63,690 bases of DNA, filler included, from Rhabdomonas costata (GCA_019059605.1; 44 parts of 44 records of this genome joined end to end with filler, not necessarily neighbours in it); one strand, 5' to 3'. Numbered from the whole stretch's first letter, positions 1-12,666 are shown. A program made the numbers and translations. Notes: generated by a model from the sequence alone, not told the origin.

Positions 1-562
1 GTTGTTTTTTTGCTTCCTCCTTGCTATGCTTGGGGTTGCGTTTCTGTATTGGCTTGCTTGGTCAGAATGTAGTGAGTGGTACTTGGAGTTGTCTTTTGCT
101 GGGGAAGAATGACTGCCCAGAGGGATGAAGTAGCTGTCTAGTGTATTTTGTGTCATAGAAGTAGCTTTGCCAATTTTGACGTTGTCCCATTGATTTTTTA
201 AATGTGCTGCTGCTGCTGACGTTTTTGTTCCAGAAAAATTACTTATCGGAAATGGGAGTCATCAATGGCTGGGTTCTCTAACTCTGCGGTGCAGCCTTGT
301 TGGTGGCGGCTGAGCGGCATTACCGTTCTTATTCTCATGTTACCGCCTCCTGTTCATTTTTCTACTGCTGTACCCTTGTGCTTCCGTGCCAATGTTGGTG
401 CCACAATTGTTCAATCCGTGTTGTGCATCCAACCATGCGGACCTGTTGCTCCAGTGTCGTTATAGTCTTCAGTCTCATCTTATACTCCAGTTTTGCTCGC
501 CGTTTAAGGGGTAAATGGGGTGCGGAAGTTTGCTGGCTTGTCCGGTTTGTGCTCCACGGCAG

Positions 563-983
563 ACCGTGCTGACAGAGGACGATCGGGCCATCCTGCGGGA
601 CTACGTCGATGAGACCTCCCGTGCCGGGCGCTTCCGCCGAGTCTTCCCCACGGCAGTCAGCGAGCCGCGGTTCGGGCGGTTCTTTGAAGGCCCACGGTTC
701 CACAACACCCTGCTGTGCAGGTGGGAGCAGGCGATGGCCCTGCCCCCACCTCACCCCGCGGCTTTTCTGGGCTGGTTGGCCGACCCTCACCCTACGCTCA
801 TCCCAACCATACCCGCAGGAGGCCCGACTTTGGTGATCTCCACTCCGAACCCCTCAGCCACGACCTCCACAACCGCCTCTTCGGTGAGGACCGGGGGTGG
901 CGCTGCAGATGTGCTCGGGCTCCGGCAGCCTTTGCAGCCGCACCCCTCCGGAACGGCTCCTGTTCCTCGGACGGGCCGCAGAT
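563..983 (+). CDS. TTLL4: Exon of a tubulin polyglutamylase TTLL4-like protein (partial)
   Basis: Acceptor CACGGCAG at 561-562. Encodes TVLTEDDRAILRDYVDETSRAGRFRRVFP...RFGRFFEGPRFHNTLLCRWEQ, which matches the recalled TTLL4 post-catalytic motif LTPDDVRIL...DEFSRRGQFERIFP...YLRFFEQPRYFN. The 3' end (donor GTGAGA at 984) is less certain. Confidence 0.8.
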
Positions 984-1350
984 GTGAGATGTGCTCAGGA
1001 GCTTGTCGAAATGCACAAGACCCTTGCTTCGTACGACTCCGATGTCTGATGTCTGAGAGACTGCGTGGTATAAGTGTGCCCGGCTGACGGAGGGCTGGAC
1101 GTGCGGCTGTATTCTCAGTGGACAGACTTTTTCCACACACATCATTTCTCACAGGGCACTCGAACGTTTTTCTGTAGAAGAAACATTTCCTGCTAACCCC
1201 CATCCATGCTCACACAGACACCTTGCTGCCGTACATCTTCTGGGCCATCTCCTTGGGCAGAGTGTCATCACTGGAGATGTACCACGGCGTCGCGGCGGGC
1301 ATCGCCATCCTCCTCTGCAGCGCCCAGGTCTTGTCAAAGCCCCCCCAAAA

Positions 1351-1450
1351 NNNNNNNNNNNNNNNNNNNNNNNNNNNNNNNNNNNNNNNNNNNNTTAATT
1401 AATTAANNNNNNNNNNNNNNNNNNNNNNNNNNNNNNNNNNNNNNNNNNNN
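1351..1450. other. Artificial contig spacer (first of 43): 44 N + TTAATTAATTAA + 44 N
   Basis: The same 100-nt spacer recurs about every 1450 nt. TTAATTAATTAA is palindromic and gives stops in all six frames. The flanking contigs are unrelated and of near-identical length (1343-1363 nt). Confidence 0.99.
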
Positions 1451-2318
1451 ATTAGCAGACGCCGAAGCACCGGTGGCAGACCCCACTCCGCGATCTGCAC
1501 GGAAGCTGCTGGGGATGAGCACACCAGAGGAGGCGCTGTGCCGAGTTGTCGGGGTGGTTATGCTGGCGGACGTTGGCGGTGAGGTAAGCCCCGAGGCATG
1601 GCCCCGGCTCAGCGCCTGCACATCGCGCAGAAGCCGTGCCAAATGCCGCTGCACCACAGGGAGCGTCGACAGCGAGGGCTGCTGCAGGGGGTCCTCCGAG
1701 CTCGCCGTGGTGGTGGTGGTCAGGCGGCCCACTGCGGCCTCGGCCTCGGGCAGGCGCCCCGCTCGGAGGTGGTCGTTGAGGTCCCGGACTTTCTCCTTGA
1801 AGGCACCAGCGGTGCTCTTGGAGTGGGCGGCGAGCTGGTACATCCTAAGGAGGCACAAAAAGAACTTGCAAAAAGAAGACGACGACGACAGAAGCGACCA
1901 CAATTCCGATCCTCTTTCAGACCTTCAGATACTTTCCGTAAGGTGCACTACAGGCCACTGTTTTGATTCCGGGGTTGGCGCTGATGCTCGTTCCAGTCCC
2001 CTCCGTGCATGTCCTTCTTGTACAACAAGGCCCAGCGATGCAACGCTTGGCATGCCTTCTGCCAAGAAACATTAGGAGAACTTCGATGCTAGCGTGAAAA
2101 AAGTGCCGGTCTTGCATGACCAGAGGCTCATTATCGGGAGAAAAGCACGCGAGCCATCGCAAAATCAGGAATGGTACGAAGGGAAAGCAGGCGAGCTACC
2201 ACTCTCCGGCCTGCTCGTACTGCACCGCACAGCAGAGCTCGCTCACCACCACAGGGGTGGCACAGTCCGGGGAGCACATGGCGATGTCCACGGGGACCAG
2301 CTCAAACATCAGTTGAAC
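1451..2318 (-). CDS. Hypothetical protein, two exons (2318-2200, 1844-contig edge)
   Basis: GT-AG intron 2199-1845 joins in frame: VQLMFELVPVDIAMCSPDCATPVVVSELCCAVQYEQAGE-W-MYQLAAHSKSTAGAFKEKVRDLNDHLRAG. A polypyrimidine tract precedes the acceptor. No family recognised. Confidence 0.6.
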
Positions 2319-4814
2319 CTATGCCCCGCCAACAGCACCGCGGGACGCGTCCACCCAGGCCCATCCAGTGAGTTGCATATGCAGTGCTGAAGATATCTAC
2401 ACACTAATACGAAGACAAGCAGCTGCAGGCACAGTGCGCACCCCTCTATGAACTTCTGGTCAGAATGCAATTCAGTACATCTCACCTCTCGTTACGAATG
2501 CAGGCGCGAATCGAAAAAACAAAAAAAGCACCACAGCAGCAAGCATCCTAAGCCACGAAAGCTATCTTTCAAGGCATAGCTTCAGCTGGATTTCTTCGAC
2601 AAAAATTTCTTCCGTATAGAGTACTGTGTATCAACTGCTGCCGTCCATGTCAATGCATCTTCTGCGGCCATGCACAAGAGTCCATCCACTTTCCGTTTCT
2701 ACAGCGCACCGGATGATGATGATGATGATGAGGCAAAAAAAAATCCCAGGCCCAGGGCATCGACCAGACTCAGAAAAACCATGAGAATAAGCCCCATGAT
2801 NNNNNNNNNNNNNNNNNNNNNNNNNNNNNNNNNNNNNNNNNNNNTTAATTAATTAANNNNNNNNNNNNNNNNNNNNNNNNNNNNNNNNNNNNNNNNNNNN
2901 TGTTTTGGGTCGGTCGAGGACTCACCCTTAGGTCCCTCGGTGCCCTCGGCGAGCTTGGGGGCGAGGACTGACCCACCCTATAAGCACCAAAACACCCATA
3001 AGCCTGCACATGGCTGCTGCCTGCAACGGCAATGTATTCGGGGTGTCCACGGCAATCAGCAGCTAGTGTGCCTTGACGCATCCCATTTTTCTGATTGGAA
3101 CTGCTGGATTTCTCGAACTCTGTGCCCAAAATGACAAAACTCAATTTAAAAAGGATTCTCTCCATACTAAAAAATGGCAATACTTCCGAAACTTACTGGC
3201 ACTTCTAGTCCGAAGCTCTTTTTGATCCTAAGGCATAGTCCTCCCCCCTGAAAATGACCCAATGAGCCACGAAGAGCCACCTCACCGGTTGGGGGGCGAT
3301 GGAGTGGTAACAGTTTCCACCCGTAACGAACCAATCGTTTCCAATGGTCGGGTTTAAACTTTGTTAGCCTAGTGTGCTTGTTTCTGGGCTATCCCTTTCA
3401 ACATACCCAACCCCAAGCTGCTTCCCAAAGAAGAGGAGTGGTTGGTGGGTAGATGGCCTCCCGGAGTCGCAGGCCTGGCTAAAGTAGGAGCGTTCCACCC
3501 GGGTGTGCAGAGAACGAGCCCCCCTCACACACCCGGGGGGAGTCCTCGTCCAACGCAGCGGGGGCGTTGGAGGGCTTCCCGTGCGGACGGGACTTTCGTC
3601 GGCCTGCCCCGCCTCGCAGGGACCGTATGGAGTGCGATGCCTCGCTCAGCATCTCCTGACAAAAAACGCTCACCATTTTGCCTATCGCTGAAACCACACC
3701 AGGTCACGTCAATTAAGGAAGCAATTTAGGGACGCCACTTATCTATCTACCACCCCAAAGCAGGACCACGATTACGTTTCTTTGGACGCTACCGCGAAGC
3801 GTCGCCAAAAAAAAAGGGCCTTCCCAGCGAAGAATTGCCCTCTTGCCTCCCCAAAGCGCCCCTCGGACTCTGACTTTGACTGCCTCCCTGCTGGACGTTG
3901 AGCAACACGCACACCCTTTGGAGACATAAACAAACCCACAGTACACAATTAACACACAGGCTTGGTGCACCTGACAAGGGTGAATTTTTCTGAGGAGGGC
4001 TTCCAACCTTCAGTGGGGCATGGGCCGATCAGGCATCACTTCCCTGACGATCTACTTCATCGCTGTGCCTTATCGCTCGCTCTTGTCACACAGGGGGCTG
4101 GGCCCACATGTGACCTTCGATCCATAGTTTACGTGGGACCTTGGGAACCCCGCCTAACGCGCTTACAAATCTCGTTTAGAGACCAAATCGCTAACTGCAA
4201 CCACCACCTGACCACACCAAGAACCAAGAGAGATCATAGAACACCAAAACNNNNNNNNNNNNNNNNNNNNNNNNNNNNNNNNNNNNNNNNNNNNTTAATT
4301 AATTAANNNNNNNNNNNNNNNNNNNNNNNNNNNNNNNNNNNNNNNNNNNNCGCCGAAAGGGGCTCGGCAACTGGCACGTGGCCGCCTGCAGCCCACAAAA
4401 ATCACCGCGTCGCTGCATCACTGGCACCCCATGCTCACGGGCGAGCCCACTCAACACGATGAAGCCGTGCAAGGTCAAAATCACGTCAAAAGGTCACTAC
4501 TGAAAGTGCGTTCCAGTTCATGTAGTTTCAAATTGTGCTGAAAAGAAAACGGTTGGCTAGCACTTACTGAAGTGTGAGGGCAAAGACATTTCGCTCATCA
4601 CGTCTTTCAATGGTCATTTTTCTACTATCGCTTGCGAGATGATGTACGTGTTTGGGTTCACACGCACACGCAATACATTCTGATTAGTCGCCGTTAAACA
4701 GGCCATGACGACACTCATAGTTAGGCAGGTGCGGGTTCCAATCGGACTCAAAAGTTCGTCAATGAGATGAGGAATTATGGTGGAGCGTGGTGAACAAAAA
4801 GGGGGAACGTGAAC

Positions 4815-5644
4815 CATTGATTGCAAGGTTGCGAAGAGCTCCACAGGCCTTCTGGTGCACAGCGGCGATGGAGAGGTGGATCTTCATCGCCTGCAGGATC
4901 AGAGGAATCCCCCCGTCCTTGGCAATCTGCACCTTACTCTCGCCTGAGAACACAAAAGCGTATGTGTGTGTGCCCGGGTATCAGCATCTTGGATATGTGG
5001 CTCTTAAATAGTGCGTGCGTCCCTCAGTCGACAGCGGTCACCAACAGCCAGTCACGCAACAGCCAGCAAAGCCGCCCTTGTCACTCTTCGTCAAAACACG
5101 GGGCTAGGGCCCTTTTTATTCTCGTGTTATGAACTTTATGGCTTAGCACACACAACCACACATAGCAGAGGAGAAAGGAGGCCACGGACTGTTGTTGTTG
5201 CATAGGTTTCGGAGGGCACTGCAGGCCTTCTCCTGCAGCGAGGACACCGAGCTGTGCATCTTCATGCACTGCAGGATAAGCTTGATGCCCCCGGCACGGC
5301 AGATCGCAATCTTCTTGTCCGCTGACCAAAAGATAGGCATGAAAGATGGTTTGCGTCCTCGAAGTCATGCCTTGCAGCCAGCTCCAAGCTGAGCAAGGGA
5401 AAATGACCAGGAAGACAGCCGAAACTGACATAAGAGGGAAGCCCACAAAGCCATTGCCTCTTGCAAAGGACGTGCTCTTAACAAACGGTGGCTGAACTAC
5501 AGCACTTAAATAGCCTCGATGAATGAACCTCGCGGTGTTGCCTACGGGCAAACCTTCCTGCAGGGCCACAATGCCCTGCAGGCTTTCCAGAACTTTCGGC
5601 ACGGAGGTCTGGTAGGTGTCCAGGTACTCCAAGGTCTCCCTAAT
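4815..5644 (-). CDS. Armadillo-repeat protein, exons 5644-5554, 5321-5190, 4943-4815
   Basis: Phase-consistent GT-AG introns. Two paralogous ARM repeats: ADKKIAICRAGGIKLILQCMKMHSSVSSLQEKACSALRNL and ESKVQIAKDGGIPLILQAMKIHLSIAAVHQKACGALRNL. Confidence 0.88.
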
Positions 5645-6346
5645 CTGCAATTCCCCCAAAAGGACGCACCGCCCCCGTTGCGGGTTCACCGCAGCTCGAA
5701 NNNNNNNNNNNNNNNNNNNNNNNNNNNNNNNNNNNNNNNNNNNNTTAATTAATTAANNNNNNNNNNNNNNNNNNNNNNNNNNNNNNNNNNNNNNNNNNNN
5801 TTGTGGGGGGGGGCAGGGAGGATCGCTGTTGCCGGGCCTTTTTGTCTGGGGTAGGAGAGGCCCATCCCTTCCTTATAACACCTATCGACCGACGAAAGTA
5901 CGCACGTCATTGATATGGCCCGTTTCATCTCAAAAGTGAGAGTTTCCCACACACATATCAGACTGTCAGAAATCCAAGGAAAGATGCGCATCAAGATGAA
6001 TAGTTTCCTTCGGTTGCTTTAAAGCAAGCACTGTCAGCAAAATGTAGGCAATTCTTAGAAGCAGGGGTGTTTTTCTGGTGCAAAAACGGCACCCAACTCA
6101 CCCACTCAAATTCACCAGGAAACACTCACATTGCATTTCATGCAGACAGTACGAAACGGGAGGTGAAACGGGAAACACCTTAACTATTCAAGAAATGGTG
6201 GAAAGGCAGGAAGGTCAGGAGGTCAATACGGAAAGTCCTCGTTCGTTGGATTCCTTAGGGATGGGCGGTTCAATAGGCAAGGAAGAACCAGAACGATTGG
6301 GTATTTCACTTAGTATACCCTCCAGTCTCACCAAATTCCAAAGGAC

Positions 6347-6670
6347 CTGGTCCCGCAGCGCGGGCAGGGTGCGCAGCCGGTGCGCGACTTCGGCATGGAG
6401 GTTGTTCCACAGCTGAGCCTGGCTCTGGGCCTCACGGCGCCTCATGAATTGCTGGCTATCCAGCATTGCCGCCCTGTGCTTCAACAGAACCTCCCACAGC
6501 TGGGCCACCGTGGGAGGCTCGGACACGGAGATCGCCATGACAACCCGCCGCCACACAGAGTCGTGGTCCGCGGCCAGAAGCCGCGCCGCGCGACTGTATT
6601 GGGTCAGTGTGCGGTGCGCCGCGTCCTTGGTGTCCCCGTCGGCCTTGGTCACGGCGATCACGTCCGCAAC
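6347..6670 (-). CDS. MMAA: Exon of methylmalonyl-CoA mutase-associated GTPase MMAA/MeaB (C-terminal part)
   Basis: 324-nt phase 0-0 exon with AG at 6672-6671 and GT at 6346-6345. VADVIAVTKADGD (G4 TKxD), then W..VMAIS...LW...RREAQSQAQLW, matching the MMAA/ArgK pattern. Confidence 0.85.
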
Positions 6671-7710
6671 CTACCAAAGGGTTGGCGCACGCCCGTCTGA
6701 GCCATTGCACGGGATGGGAGTGTGAAGATGCGTGTGTGTGACTGGAGTTGCCGGGTGGTGGGGTCAGCAGCGAGGACAGGGGTCTCCCCTAAACGCGTAA
6801 TGGGGAGGGGCATCGCCACGGCAAAATAATAAGCCCATAACCTAATCGAATACAATGACTATTGACTTCACCAATAACCTAATCGTTTCCGTAACGTATC
6901 CGCATTCAATCAATCGTATCCTTTTCGGAACGCTTTTCAAAAACGCTTCCAGAGAGAGAGATCATCGAACTGCGCGAAATGCGCGTGCTTTCAAGTGATG
7001 CCATGGGAGGGTATGGGAGGGCTCATGGGCAGGGAAGGGCATCAAAGAAGAGATGGAGGCCGAGAGGCCGGCAATCAAGAACGAAGGCCCTCCTCTCCGC
7101 CAAATCCCAGGCAAACCGCACGCAAACCCCCACCCCACCTCCAAACCCCCNNNNNNNNNNNNNNNNNNNNNNNNNNNNNNNNNNNNNNNNNNNNTTAATT
7201 AATTAANNNNNNNNNNNNNNNNNNNNNNNNNNNNNNNNNNNNNNNNNNNNGTTTTTGGGTAGCAAAATAGGAAAGAGAATGAGGGGAGTGCGCCAGGCTA
7301 TGGTGATGTGTTTGTTATGCAAGCTAGTGGACGAGCTTGAAAGGGAAACAAAGGCAGCCGGAGAAAAAAGAGCCAGAGCCAGAAGATCCAGGGCTACATC
7401 AGCAAAAGGACAACCCATAACGGAATCCATAAGATTCCAGAACCAAGTGAATTGGAGGAGTAGGGTCACTTCGCGACCCTAGGAACCTAGGAAAGAGAGA
7501 TTGCCTGCTAGGAGCACAGCACTGGCAGACACGCATAGGAGCAGGGAGAATTGTTTCTCTATCTATTGCACACAACAACCTTCCTGAGAGCGAGAGTGCT
7601 TCTCCAACGGATGGAATCCGGCTTGGGAGAATTGGGGTGAACATAAACAACAGTGAAAATGCAAACTGTGAAAAACGGAACGAAAAAGGCCGAGCAGAAA
7701 AACAGGGCAC

Positions 7711-7867
7711 CGGCTCCTGAATCTTCTCCGGGCGAACAAAGATCCCCATTGTGCTGGGGCACTCAAAGTATCTGACGTGGTGCAGCGTGCCGTTGTGTTG
7801 ACCTCGCCCACTGAGGAGCTCCACCCCGCACCAAACCCCGGGCGCAAAATGAGTGGGGCCCGTATAC
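7711..7867 (-). CDS. Exon encoding a CAP-Gly domain
   Basis: YTGPTHFAPGVWCGVELLSGRGQHNGTLHHVRYFECPSTMGIFVRPEKI is a typical CAP-Gly signature (GKNDG-like GQHNG). Acceptor CACTTCAG. Confidence 0.9.
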
Positions 7868-8943
7868 CTGAAGTGAAGGGGAGGGCACCTGGTGAGGGTC
7901 GGAGTACGTGGGGTGAGCGTCCGAACGCACAAATGTCCAGCCAGATTACGAAGAACCGAAACAAGCCTCGGATGACTCACATATAGCAACACAATCAGAG
8001 GCTGCCCAGCAACGCCAATCTTTAGAAGCCCATAACGTCACGTATGGTCAGGGAGGCAGACAGTCAGAAATGCCACCAAACCCGTCCAGCACGGGGAGTC
8101 AAGTGCAAGCTGGTGCAGGCAAACCGTTACGAAGGAGCGGGGAAAATGGTAAAAAAAATACCATAGGTCCTCAGGTGCCTCGGTGCAAATCACAAGGTAA
8201 TGCTGGCAACCCGTGGAGGAACTTTATGCTTTATGAAACGAGATATGGCAAAAGCCATAAAATCCTCGAAAAACTTTGTAGCAATGCAAACGGTACTCGC
8301 CTGAAAAAGCACTAAACCTGAGAAGCCCTTTAGCGCCAGCGTTGGAGCCGCCCAGGAGAACGACTTCGCTGCCAATACTCAACTTTGCCAAGCCTGTGGC
8401 TTCGGCCATTGTGGTTGCGAAAAAAAAACAAAGCCAATGCCGATCACACTCCTGTGCTTGAATCTAAGCACAGAGAGCAGGGCTGGCAAAAAGCGCAATC
8501 AAGATGGAGGCGAGGTCAAAAGAGGGGGGGGGGAGTGAAACCCACCGAAAAAAATTTTCGCCCAGTACCCGCACAGTCGACGCACCAATCCCCCAACAAC
8601 NNNNNNNNNNNNNNNNNNNNNNNNNNNNNNNNNNNNNNNNNNNNTTAATTAATTAANNNNNNNNNNNNNNNNNNNNNNNNNNNNNNNNNNNNNNNNNNNN
8701 TTTTTTTTGGTACATGTGCTCCCCTTGATCTTCTTCTTCGAAATCTTCGATCGCTGTATCGGCCATTTGGAATGGTGATCTTCACCACTTCCAAGTGTTT
8801 GTGTGGCGAAGCACATGAAGTGAGAGTCGGAGTGCAACCTCCCGCGTTGGCGTGCGCGACCGCTTCTGTTTTGTCTCCTTTTTCGTTCGTTGCACAGCAT
8901 TTTGGTTTCCGATAGTAATTCTGACCTCGGTGGTCTTCTCCGA

Positions 8944-9465
8944 ATGGCGGAAATCCCCACTTCTGAGATGCCTTCCGCTGTCACGATCCGGTTTGTGTTG
9001 CCCGCGTTGCCCGGTGGGGAACCCTCCGGCACTGCACCGGGGGCCCTTCGGGTGCCGTGCATGGAGGCCCTGGACTGGCCTGCAGTGCAGCAGCTTGTGC
9101 GGTCCCACGTAACACAGTCGAGTGGCAACACACCGTCGGGATGCGCGGACACTGCTTCGGACAGGAGTTGTAGCAGGTTCTGTATTGCTGTGAGGGATGC
9201 CGTTAAGGGGGAGCTCGTGGAAGTGCGCACCTCGGAGCAGTGGCAGGCCTGCGTCGTGGATAGCAGCACACGTTGCACGGATGTGGAGGTGATAGTGACA
9301 GTGCAGTCGAGGCTGCCCAGCGTGCGATCCTTGGAGGTTGACCCTGAGGCAGCAGAAAAGCTTCTGCCCCGTGCTGGCCCCGGGACTGGGGCGGCGGGAG
9401 ATTGCGATCATATCACTGACCCGCAGACGGGGCCAGTGAAGCTCTGCATGCCCTCCTCGACTGAG
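8944..9465 (+). CDS. Probable first exon of a hypothetical protein
   Basis: ATG at 8944, open for 174 codons to donor GAG|GTTTGC at 9466. A polypyrimidine tract and CACAG (8896-8897) lie upstream. No family recognised. Confidence 0.5.
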
Positions 9466-11775
9466 GTTTGCGGAGTACATAATTCGAGCACTTCCCCACA
9501 GCGTTTCTTTGCTGCGGAATTTTAGTCTCGAACGTTCGCATTACTGTGGGACAGGTTCTATTGCATCCCCCCCCCCCATATTCGGGTGCAATGCATAGTC
9601 GGGGTTAAAGGAGGCACTGCACCTAAAATGTGCCTGGGAAGGCAAATCGCTGCAAATGGAAGCTGTCCCTTTGGGTCCTCGATTAGCACCACAGGAGGCA
9701 CTCTACCCCGAGCCACAGAGCCAAAATGGATACATTCGCGAGACACTATAATTTCTGCAACAATTGTGCAATAATACGCTGCCGGAGTGCTCTGTGCCAG
9801 AGTGAAATATTACAGAAACGGTCTATTCGCAGCGCAAAAAAAAAGTAAGTCTGGAAAGTCCTCTCCGAAAACTTCCGTTTTTCCCGGGGTGCGAAGAATG
9901 AGCAGCCACAGGCACGAATGTGCAGCGCACAGCCGAAAGGGAAGATATAAAACGACGGTGGGAAACACCCGAAAGGCTGCGGGGACGGGCAAAACGTCAG
10001 ATACACGATATTGAGAAAAGGGAGATGACGTTTTGCCCGTCCCCACAAACNNNNNNNNNNNNNNNNNNNNNNNNNNNNNNNNNNNNNNNNNNNNTTAATT
10101 AATTAANNNNNNNNNNNNNNNNNNNNNNNNNNNNNNNNNNNNNNNNNNNNGTTTTTGTGGGATACCATAAAGAGAATGGACCTATAAGATCCGTTTACAT
10201 ATGTAGCAAGGAGGATAAGTTGTCTTTGCTATATGCGTTGGTACCCAGGCTTAGAACCAATGGTGATTCACCCAGTCCAGACACTTATGGGTTTTTCTCA
10301 GACGCTATCCTGGTGGTTACACCAGAGTGGAAGTCCAAGTTGCGCTATTTGCATGTCATGGGTCTATATGTGTGGAACTTAGACGAAGCTCAATAGCATA
10401 TTAATTCTCCACAGTACCAATGGTTGGTGAGTTTCGTGCCTACCTTGTACATAATTACATACAAAATGTTGAGTCGTTGCAGAATCCAGAGAGACGTGCA
10501 GAGAAAATGGCGGTGTTTTCGTTTCAGAGATTGCGAGGTCGAGTGTGCTGTGATCAGTTGTCAATCCACCAATACAGCCAAAGATTGGTGCAGTGGATGA
10601 GATAGTGTGATTTCGAGTCTTAGGTGGTTACAGTGATGTTCCAAAGGAGGCGATGCTGAATGGTCATAAGAAGGTAAACTTCATGTACGAAGATAAAGTT
10701 TCAGAGTGTTCTTTTGACGTGGAAACCAAAGTTCCGTATCCGCGTGCAGAGGGAGTGGTGTGTTGAGGACAATACGGAGCGGAGTACATTGACAGATTTC
10801 AGAGTTTCTAATTTTTGAGAGCAGACGTATTTCAGAAGAGGAGTGGAGATTAAGTGCTCCATACGAGTCTAACTTTTTCAGAGGGATGGAAATAGAGCAG
10901 GCGCCACCGCCCACATGTGCTGCAGATGAGTTTATGCAGAGAGAGATGACAAGGAAGACGACTCAGATCCTGATATGGGCGGACCAAGTGGGGCTCCATT
11001 TGCAAAGAGCAGTTCCGGTGGAGGTACACAACAGAGTGTGGGAGGTGCAGCCCCACAAACACAAGGGACAAGTGATGTCGAAGATAATAGTTCCACAGAT
11101 AATGAGCTTAATTGTGAAGGGTCATTCGAGATTCATTGGAAGATCTCAGAGATCACGTTGATGATGATGACAAGGCAGTTGATGCAGAGAAGAGGAAAAG
11201 GCTGATCTTGAAAAGGTAGTGATGGCCGATATTGGTCTCCGCCACACCACTAGCGGTCATGTGAGCAATTAAATAGCCAGTGAAGCTCCAGCTAAATTTA
11301 CGGATCCAGACATGGAGTATTCCGTTGCTGCAGGATTCAGAGGCTAGATGTTGTGATGTTAGCTGTATAGAGTGTGTGAGGTTTGCGGTCCAGAGTATCA
11401 CACATACGGCATGGGAGGTCGAGTAATTGACTATGAGCCGACAGAGGAGTTATTGTGGAAGAATTTAGTTTTCAAAATGGATCGTTCCAGATATGAGACC
11501 NNNNNNNNNNNNNNNNNNNNNNNNNNNNNNNNNNNNNNNNNNNNTTAATTAATTAANNNNNNNNNNNNNNNNNNNNNNNNNNNNNNNNNNNNNNNNNNNN
11601 GTGGTGGTGGTACCATCGAGGACTTCTTCCCGTTAACAAAACCGTTCATATTTTGGGAAGGGAACACATCAAAGGGAAGGGAATCTCTGTATCGTTCTTC
11701 AACTCAGTGTTAATTTTACGAAGCCCCTTCACCTTTCTTCCGTCATGTGTATGGGTTGCTTGATTCTGGGCTCAG

Positions 11776-12666
11776 GTACCAGGGACAGCGCAGCGTGGAG
11801 CTCTTTCTGGAGTTCCTATCCAGCCAAACTGGTGCGTTTGCAGTTAACTCTCTTCCCTCTGGGTCAAGTGCCGTTTTTTTTTTTGCCTTTTTCTTCTGCT
11901 TTTGGGTTGCATATGACTGCGCTTGTTTACGTTTCGCCGTCCGAAAAATAACTGTGTTTAAAGAAACGCCTTGAGGAATGACTCGACCATCTGCACAAAT
12001 GGAATTTCAAATGACTTTTTGAGAATCGAACAAAATGTTAATTAGAAATATGCTACCACCAAAAAAATGTCGTGGGATTTGTGGCGATGACCCTTTTCCT
12101 AGCATTCGCCAATAGTGCCGCAAAAATGGCGTCCTCTCAGTGTTTGCAACGTGAAAATAAATGTCAGTCAATTATTTTAATTTCAATTATCATAAAACAA
12201 AAAGATTTGTAATCGCAAATGTTTCACAATATTTTCTTTTTCTTTTGAGTTACCATTGACGGCAAAATGTACCGGAAGTACTTTATATTGGCTGTTTGAC
12301 ACACAAGTAGGCGTGAATTTGTTGACAATTGACATATTTTGACTGCTATTAAAAACTTTTTGTCAATAAATGGTCTCCTGCAAGCAATTTTTCGGACTAG
12401 CAGAACTTATTCCTGTGAATAATAGTTCTTCTGACTTGTTGCCGAAGTATTAGGCATACAAATCACGCTTCTACCCAAATCGTCGTGCTCCCCATTGATC
12501 GCGATCCCTTCGCACAGGCCTGCCCGTGGAGGAGGCTCCTGTGCCGCTGGAGGAGCCAATCGGATCTGATCCGATCCCTCAGAATGCTCCGGAGTCTCCT
12601 GTGAAGCCCCAAGACTCCAGCCCGCCGGAAGCGGACTCCGCCGCGCAGGAACAGAGAAGAGATTAG
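11776..12666 (+). CDS. 3' end of a thioredoxin/PDI-like protein, exons 11776-11831 and 12518-12666
   Basis: YQGQRSVELFLEFLSSQT-G resembles the C-terminal YxGxR...F....G motif of PDI thioredoxin domains. The GT-AG intron 11832-12517 joins in frame to an acidic, Pro-rich tail ending QEQRRD-TAG. Not shown in the ORF track. Confidence 0.6.
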
